A stretch of DNA of 64,000 bases from Schizochytrium sp. TIO01 (lineage: Eukaryota > Protista > Bigyra: Labyrinthulomycetes), in assembly GCA_004764695.1 (NCBI GenBank), contig SMSO01000036.1:1860001-1924000 (forward strand). The letters are read 5' to 3'. A program made the position numbers and the translations under genes. Every line of letters starts with the position of its first letter. The first letter of the stretch is position 1. The notes beneath the pieces are model-generated. The model was not told the origin of the DNA. It made no database searches and was given only the letters and a program-made list of their open reading frames with translations. Shown here in pieces: positions 56,793 through 64,000 of this stretch.

Positions 56793-57411
56793 ATTCACCA
56801 CATTAGCACATTTCTAGCCCATTTTCCCCTCGTCGGTGACTGATGAGCTTAGCTCGCTTAACACAGCCCCCTTGTTTGTCCCGTTCCCTTGACGTAAAGA
56901 TTTTCAGAATAATATAAACGAAGAAAAATAAGGAGAACAGCAAGATCTTTTTATTTTAGCCTCTCTTTCTCTGGACGTTTATGATAAACTTGCAGGGCAG
57001 AATGTTGATGTATACCTTCACCATTTTTCTTTTTAGGATTCTTGTTCCTTTGCTTTATTTGATGTGAAATGCCGTCTTAACACAAATGTTCGTATTTTGT
57101 GCATCTTGCATTATAAACATGAGCAGATGCGACAACTTACTTTTGTTCCTCAATTGAAATTCTTGAACATCATAGTCTAGATCACTGGGTCGTAACATCC
57201 ATCAAAGAATCAAGGAATTACTTGTTAATAAAAAAGGACAAATCTTTGATTGAGTTATCTCTGCATCAGTATTATGAAGAATTTGATTCTTTATGATTCT
57301 GTTGTTGTGTTTTGTTTTGTTTTTCGAATGGAATGAGAAAGTGTTTCGTATCGAACCCGAGTACAAAATTTGATTTGGAAATAAAGTTTAATAGTAATAT
57401 AGTATACCAAT

Positions 57412-58374
57412 TTAAGCTTTTGGTTGTTTTTGGCAGACGCTTAAATCAGGCTTTGTGTTCTCAATAGTGGGGACAACCCTGTGAGCAAAAGCCTCTTCAG
57501 CCTCCTGCATGCGCTGCTTTGATCTCTCAATCATTTCCTTACGCCTCTCACTAAATACTTTACGAGCACTAAGCGACGTGTCACGCGACAACTCATCAAT
57601 TTTAGCCAGTGCAGCTTCCATTAAGGCGTTGGATCTATTTGTTCCAGACGTAGGGCCTGAGCGTGCAGAACGAATAGGTTTGAGCTCTATACGTTCGAGA
57701 TTGTTGTAGTGCCGGGAATTGAAAGCTTCTTGGTCGTCAGTATCTACACCTAGCGAAGGCTTTCTTATGGGTTTGTCATCCAAAATAACCAGTTGCGCTA
57801 GCTTCTCGATAACAATTCTGTGGTAATTGTCTGCCTGTGTGCATGGATTGCATTGCAGATCAAGATTGCGAATATTTTCAGGAAACTCCGTGAGGTCCAG
57901 CACTTCAATCTTGTTGTAGCTCAAATCTAGGACACGGAGGTTCTTAAGATGTCGGATGTTCTCTACGGATTCGATTTCGTTGTGAGACAATGACAGAAAC
58001 CGCAATTTAGCATGGAACTCTAGATTTTCAATTCGTCTAATCCGATTATATTGTAAATAAAGATCTTGAATATTTGTCATTGCTTCAAGGCAGTCTATTT
58101 CAGTAAACCCCTGCCAATCAAGACGTGCAATTTTGAGATTGAGGAGTTTCTCGGCGACAGTATTGGTGTCTATTGATTTTCCGTCGCGTTCTTCTTTGTT
58201 GAGACAAAGCTCAGTAATCCGGCGAAAGGTCATCTTAGATTCTGGGAGAAGTTTACGATTGAACTCCCCTGCTATTGCAATTGATCCATAGCCAGACTCG
58301 TCTTCAGAGTCCTTTCCTTCTGAAGACATTCTACTTGACGTTGTCTCAGGTACCTCTGTTGTGACTTCGCCCAT
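57412..58374 (-). CDS. SDS22-type leucine-rich repeat protein (LRRC46-like, possibly flagellar)
   Basis: Repeats LYLQYNRIRRIENL, LSLSHNEIESVENI and LDLSYNKIE, LRRcap NPC...YHRIVIEKLAQLVILDD, and a C-terminal coiled coil. Confidence 0.75.
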   Translation of the reverse strand: MGEVTTEVPETTSSRMSSEGKDSEDESGYGSIAIAGEFNRKLLPESKMTFRRITELCLNKEERDGKSIDTNTVAEKLLNLKIARLDWQGFTEIDCLEAMTNIQDLYLQYNRIRRIENLEFHAKLRFLSLSHNEIESVENIRHLKNLRVLDLSYNKIEVLDLTEFPENIRNLDLQCNPCTQADNYHRIVIEKLAQLVILDDKPIRKPSLGVDTDDQEAFNSRHYNNLERIELKPIRSARSGPTSGTNRSNALMEAALAKIDELSRDTSLSARKVFSERRKEMIERSKQRMQEAEEAFAHRVVPTIENTKPDLSVCQKQPKA

Positions 58375-59766
58375 GACGACTCACCTCTTCTACAATAAAT
58401 ATATCGTGAACAAGGCTCGCTATTTCGAAGCTAGAGCATAAATTCAATGGTATGGTTGAGTGCAAGAACTACCACTGTATGTCATCTGCCAGCCACTTCA
58501 ACACTCATGTATTGACTCCGCTTGCTTTGAAGATAACATATCACAAACGTCCTCATTAGTCCTGATACCTTTGTTTGTCCGTTAAAGTAGGTCCTTGAGA
58601 TAGCAACTCCAAGGTGTGGGGTGAGCTTATTTTAACTTGTAAGAAAATACTACGGTTCCAAGTAAGCATCCGAGTGATTGAGGTTTATACAAAAATTGGG
58701 CATTCATCCAGAAACCCAAACTATCTTATTCTACTCATCGTACAGGCAGCGCCAGAGCTCATATATAGAATGACCATTCAAGGCTCTATGAAGCATTTAC
58801 AAGTTCATACATGGGCATTTAATTCCAAACTCAAACCTGAAGATCTTTGGGCTCGATGTAGTAAGAAGTCTCCCGTGTCAGAGACTATCAGACAGAAAGA
58901 CTGACGCGTGTTTTACCTGGTACTCCCCAAAAAAAATCGATCTAATCGGAATTCGCTGTTCACAAGAATCAATACTGTATCATTCAGAACAGTATCTTCA
59001 ATTAGTGTTAAATTTCTTTTCAATCCCTACATGACTTTGTTTCTGATCGCTGGATTCATCGCGAAAACAAAACAGTATAACAGATGTTAGACAACAAAGC
59101 TGTTTTTGGTGTAAGTGCAGAAGTGCCAAGTTCTTAGCTCGAATGAGCTAGTGAAACTAACATTTGACGAACTTTTTTGTACGTGGTTGTATACATCTAT
59201 TCTCAAAGCGCCTATATGATTGAATTATAGAAACATTGGCAACATGTTTTTTTTTAAAATAAAATTCACGTGTATGGATCACTTCAACAGACACAATCTG
59301 TACTATTCATCCTATTTTCGCTCCTGATAGTACAAGGGAAGGAAAGTTTACTCTGTCTAGTTTATATTTCACAACTTTTTCTTTTAAACTTATTATTTTA
59401 ATTTCAATAAAAATTAAACAGTACTTTAAAATCACAACCAAGGAATATTCCTCAAGTATCTCTAAATATGGCTTTGAACAACAACAATTTAAACGTGTCG
59501 CATTGATTTTCAAAACAATATTTTGCGTGATAAATGCACGTATAACAGTTTACACCAGTAACTCAAGAAAACAACAAGATAAAAGATATTCTCTGAAGAT
59601 GACTATGAAGATCATAGCAAGAGTGGAAAGAAAAAATTCAAGAGGAAAAGCAAAAACAAGGGTGACAACAAAAGCAGACAAAAATCCAAAGGGAAGATGT
59701 GCTGAGCGAGCGAGTCTACTCAAGGATGATGATGTGGAATCGAAGTCTACAATTCACAGAAGTTTC

Positions 59767-60385
59767 TTATTCCTTCTTGCCGGTGATCAGACGGTACTGG
59801 CTATAGAAAACCATCAAAACACCGAAAGCGGCGGCGGCGAGACCACCACCAACGACGATGGGGTCGCTCTTGTTGCGAAGGTAGGTAGGGTCGGCATCAC
59901 CACGGAGGTAGGGGGTGGCGCCCTTCTGGAAGGCCTTCTGCTGCTCCTTGACCCTGTGACATGCAAAAGTAGTGATCACGAATCATCGCAATTTGGGAGT
60001 GAACAAAGTTAGTCATTCTGAAAAACGGAGTAAAGTCCATTGATAGAGAATTAAGAGAAGTTGAGTTACTCTCGGCAACTAGATGAACGTACGGGTTGGG
60101 GGTCTCGGACATGAGGCGGACCTGAGCCCTGTATAAACGCGACAAACAAAAGCAGTTCAATAATATTTCAGATAATACCATCCATATAGGTGAGCATCAC
60201 GGGGAAGCTATGTTAGTACTATGGAGAGAATGTCAAATGTGTCCTAAGACCAGGTTATTCCAGTGATGTCCTGTTATTTTCATACAGATATAAACATTCT
60301 ACATATGTATGGAAACAGGAGCATTAGCAAGCACGTACCGGCGGAAGTTGGGCTGGGCAGCCCGGCGAATAACCTGACCAATCAT
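59767..60385 (-). CDS. COX7A: Cytochrome c oxidase subunit VIIa-like, 89 aa; exons 60385-60339, 60128-60093 and 59953-59767
   Basis: Splicing at two GTACGT donors and AG acceptors (branch GACTAAC in intron 2) gives MIGQVIRRAAQPNFRRAQVRLMSETPNPVKEQQKAFQKG...PTYLRNKSDP + TM + GKKE. This matches the COX7a pattern N.V.E.QK.FQ...P..L....D + TM. Confidence 0.75.
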
Positions 60386-63300
60386 GATTTTTGAAATTTG
60401 CCTGGTAAGAACCTGTTGAGATAAGCATATCCAAGAGAAATATGTCGTTAGTTTCCACGTTCACCTAATCAAAGAAGAGAACACCTTGTCCAGATGTCGT
60501 CCTCAAGCGTCCCTCAGCTATCTATCTTATTAGCATGACCCCTCCTCAAAGCTATCCAGCTGCGTCTCAGAAATCTCTCAGAGACACAGAGGTTCTCAAG
60601 CTCGTGCTCCCTTCGCAAGAAGTCGCAATAAGAGCCTCAGATATTATCTCCCGCGAAACGAGACAATAAGGAGTGACAAAGGGAGCTAATCGAGGCCTCC
60701 TCGCCATGGCACCATGACCCGCATCGCGCCACACTCTGCGGCAAGTGCGACCGGTAAGGCAGTGGAGGTAGGGTTCCTGGAGGGATAGTATGCGCCCGAG
60801 CGGCGGGGGTGAGGCGCGCAGAGGTGCGCTGCAGAGCAAGACGTACACAAAGGTCTCCGTCCCTGGTATCGTATCGAGTCTGTTGCAGCAGTAGTTGTAG
60901 TGCAGGATAGGAGTTACTACACCTCAACTAGGACTCGGCAGCGAAAGAAGAAGAAGGCCTTTAATAGGAGTACCCTATACGCTCACTAAGGGAGGGGTAT
61001 AGTTAGCAGTTACTTATAGGGCATTAGGACTGCGATTAGGAATTTCGTAAAACTTCTATTGTAATACAGACAATGAACTTAGAGAATCAATCGCGAATAG
61101 GAAAGTCGAAGAATCAGAGTCGTGTATCAATCAATCAATCAATCAATAATCAGTGTGCTTTCTAATCTACATTGCCAATTCGATGACATGAGATGCTTCA
61201 TACCTCGTTTCAGGCACCTGCCCTCCGAAACTTGTCCGAAAGGAGGCTTCTTCATGGACCCATGCATCGTTGTAAGTAAGTAAAGTTTTGGAGAAGAAGG
61301 AGCGAATGCGAATGAGGAGGGTTTACAGCAGAAGATTGACTTTCTTTCTTCTTTCATTCATGGAGCAGAAGGAATTGAGAGAAATAAATGCGCGGAGAAA
61401 GAAAGCAAATAAGCAAGCCATCAGACAGATTGCGTGTAACCAGCAGCACAAGTCGCGGGCTGGAACGGACAGCAAGCGAATTGCGGGAGCGTAGATGATG
61501 GCGGCCTTGGGGGCGAAAGGGAAGGACTCGTCTTCTTCGATCAAAGAGAAAGGCCCTGGCGGTTTTATATTCAATGAAATAAAGAAATAAAAGCCTCTTC
61601 GAATGAATCTTCCCCTCATAAATAGAAGAAGTGGAGAGGCTTTCTTTGAGTGAGCATGGGAGTCATAGCGGCATCAGTTAATAAGTTTGCGGGGACGAAC
61701 AATCCGCGAAGCAGTTGCGGTCACCCGACATTTGCATTTCGTCATGCATGCATATCTTCCTACCTGCTAATTGCAGTGTGTCGCATATATATATCTGTCT
61801 CATCATTATCCTCATCATCATCTTCAGCAATCGGTGCATCATTGTACTCTTCAAGTTGCATGTCCTCTTTAACAAAGAGATGAAGGTACCCATAACTGGT
61901 AGTTTCATAAGAGAGGGAACAAAGGGAATAGATGATGCATAAAACTGCCAAAATTAGGCGATGCAGGTACGAGGTTAGGGAAGAGCAACTTCGGCGCTAC
62001 TGGGCGCCGGTATGCAGGTAGTATTGCCAGGGTGAGAAGAGTGAGTTTACGAGGGGTTGCTTTCATCTGCTGTTTTGGAGTGACTTGAACTTTAGCTAAA
62101 TGATGTTTGTATGACTTTGATTAAGTGCCAATCACGCGAGCTCGCTATTTCGAAGAATTCAAAAGAGATGCCTGCTGGTATTTTTAGGAGGCGCATGCAT
62201 TATGTGAGGTTGGGTCACTTGGGCCTGGAGCTAAATGTCTCAGAGCAAAGTCCCAAAATGGGCGTTTATTTAATTGCGAGTTCACACTGAGGTGAGAGGA
62301 AACCAGCGAAACGAAAGAGAAACTAGCGAAACGAAAGAGTTGTTAGAGAAGTTAATGTAAAACAAATGAGGAGAAATGCAAATCCAAGGTACGAGAAGAT
62401 CTATGATAGCACTACCCGCTTGGTTTCAACAGATAGGCTAAAAGTTGCCATAAAACATGGCATGGAGTGGCCAAGGAGGTATGCAACGTTCTAACAAATG
62501 TGAGACAATCTCCGAGGATGTTATATCGGGTTGATTGGCTGGAGACATACAGGGTGAAAATTAGTTAAAGTTCTCTTCCAGCAGATTTTATTGATCTCTA
62601 TCAAGGGGGAAAAGAAAGGGGGGAGAATCAAAGAAAAAAAACATGATTTATTTGGTTTTCGTTTCGTTTTGTTTCGTTTACATTAGCACAGAAATATTTT
62701 GTTTCGACACCTAACGCATGAGCCTTGGGGCTTATCGACAAATCGACCTAAGGGGTGAAAAGCAACAACAATTTTACAGGACGATTCGGTGCGGTCACAT
62801 AAATTCACGGCAAGAGAGATTTGTAAGAAAGCATTGATAATCAATCTATAGCAGCAAAGTTAGCGAGGGGCTTGTATCCATCGTTATCCGAAGAGAAGGG
62901 TGGCAACGATCACAAGTCCATTAAGAGCGATGAGAGGCACTGTTGTTGTTTTCATCAAAATAAATAAATACGTAATAAGAAAGTGAGTTTTGCAAACACA
63001 TTGGTTTACGTATTTGACACATGCCAAAAGTTAGAATCCACAAGTATATGGCTTGATTTTCACAAAAGGAATGAGTCGTTACAGATAAACGTACTTCGTA
63101 AATACCTCACCGCGTGTAAAAGGCCAGCTATTTGAGCCTTAACGTTTCCTTGCTCGCTTGCTTGGTGGTCTACTACGTTCAGACCGTCTGTGTAGTAAAT
63201 TTGGGATAAGAATGAACAACTGTTAGATACTCTTCTGGACGTAATAAAGGTGTTGATCTCAACACATTTGTGTTATCCTCCACACCCAGAATATACAAAA

Positions 63301-64000
63301 CAAGAAATTACAGGAGAGTATCTCTTTTGCTAGATCCGACTTACATTTTGCGAGGAAGCGGTCCTCATGAAGCACTGCAAGAGCATTAATGCAGAGCAAA
63401 CCTGCTACGAAAATGTTCCAGATGGAAAGGCCCATCTTGGCTATTTAATCCTGAGAGTGTATGTTTACAAGGGAAAGACTGCTCCACGTAAGCAGACGAA
63501 GGATATACCCTCCGCAAGGTCGTCGCGCCTAGATCATTTGCGATTAAACAGCAAGCACAGAATTGCAACGCAACTCACAACCGAGACGACGTAAACGGGA
63601 AGTAGGCAAGGCAAAACAAAGCAAGAACACCGTGCCACGTCGGCATGCCCGTTAGTGATCCAGCCTCCAAACTAGCTGACTGCTCCTGGCAAAGTGAGGC
63701 CTTATTACCGTGCCATAGCAAGCCGCCTCGTTGAAACGTACGAGCTTTATATTAGTCTTTTGCGTCGCTGTTCCGATGCAGCCCGCGTTTGCAGTCTGCA
63801 GGTGAGCAAGCTGCTCGCTCTGTAGTCGAGGCTGACGCAGGTGTTCTGCAGAAGAAAGCAGACAAGCGAAGAAGAACGAGCCGACTGTATAAACCACTAT
63901 AACTGTGAAATCCCAAGTGAACTATACAACCCCTCAAGTGGGTTATAAGTTGTCTATACTCCACCTTGCAAAAGAGGCCTCCAACGGCAAGTGGAGAATG

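Noticed and set aside
58415-62155. Exact 16-mer GCTCGCTATTTCGAAG at 58415 and 62140
   Set aside because: About one repeated 16-mer is expected by chance in 64 kb, and the flanks do not extend the match.
62300-62339. 20-bp direct duplication (and a 14-bp one near 55819)
   Set aside because: Local slippage duplications with no element between them.

Overview
Eukaryotic nuclear DNA, most likely from a thraustochytrid/labyrinthulomycete stramenopile (Aurantiochytrium-like). This taxonomy is inferred from intron-poor genes, GT-AG introns with CTAAC branch points, microsatellite-rich AT-rich spacers and a TTAGG-type repeat. About 19 protein-coding genes are supported: the 3' end of an unknown gene with an apparent frameshift, an RGG-tailed ABC-class ATPase (COG3044/MRB1590-like), CDC50, a Frizzled/Smoothened-like CRD+7TM receptor, a DUF1295 protein, a type II membrane GHL15-like glycosidase, NEMF/Rqc2, an SRPBCC protein, a Dictyostelium ABP34-like actin bundler, a peroxisomal-type SLC25 carrier, a GRK-family kinase ending in CaaX, a cyclin K/T/L-like cyclin, uL22m, SGT1, PIG-V, a Hedgehog-type Hint (Hog) protein, NDUFS4, an LRR protein and a three-exon COX7a-like gene missed by the ORF track. 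No rRNA, tRNA, CRISPR array or intact mobile element was seen. The most interesting observations are (1) a secreted or membrane Hog/Hint protein whose catalytic Cys1 is Gly, whose CDS overlaps PIG-V tail-to-tail; (2) Hedgehog/Smoothened-pathway-like parts (Smo/Fz-like receptor, GRK, Hog) in a non-animal; (3) an ABP34 homologue with an added N-terminal DEDWD acidic-Trp motif and Pro-rich arm; and (4) telomere-like and palindromic TAGGTACCTA motifs in intergenic DNA. Family calls come from motif recognition by eye; no database search was run.
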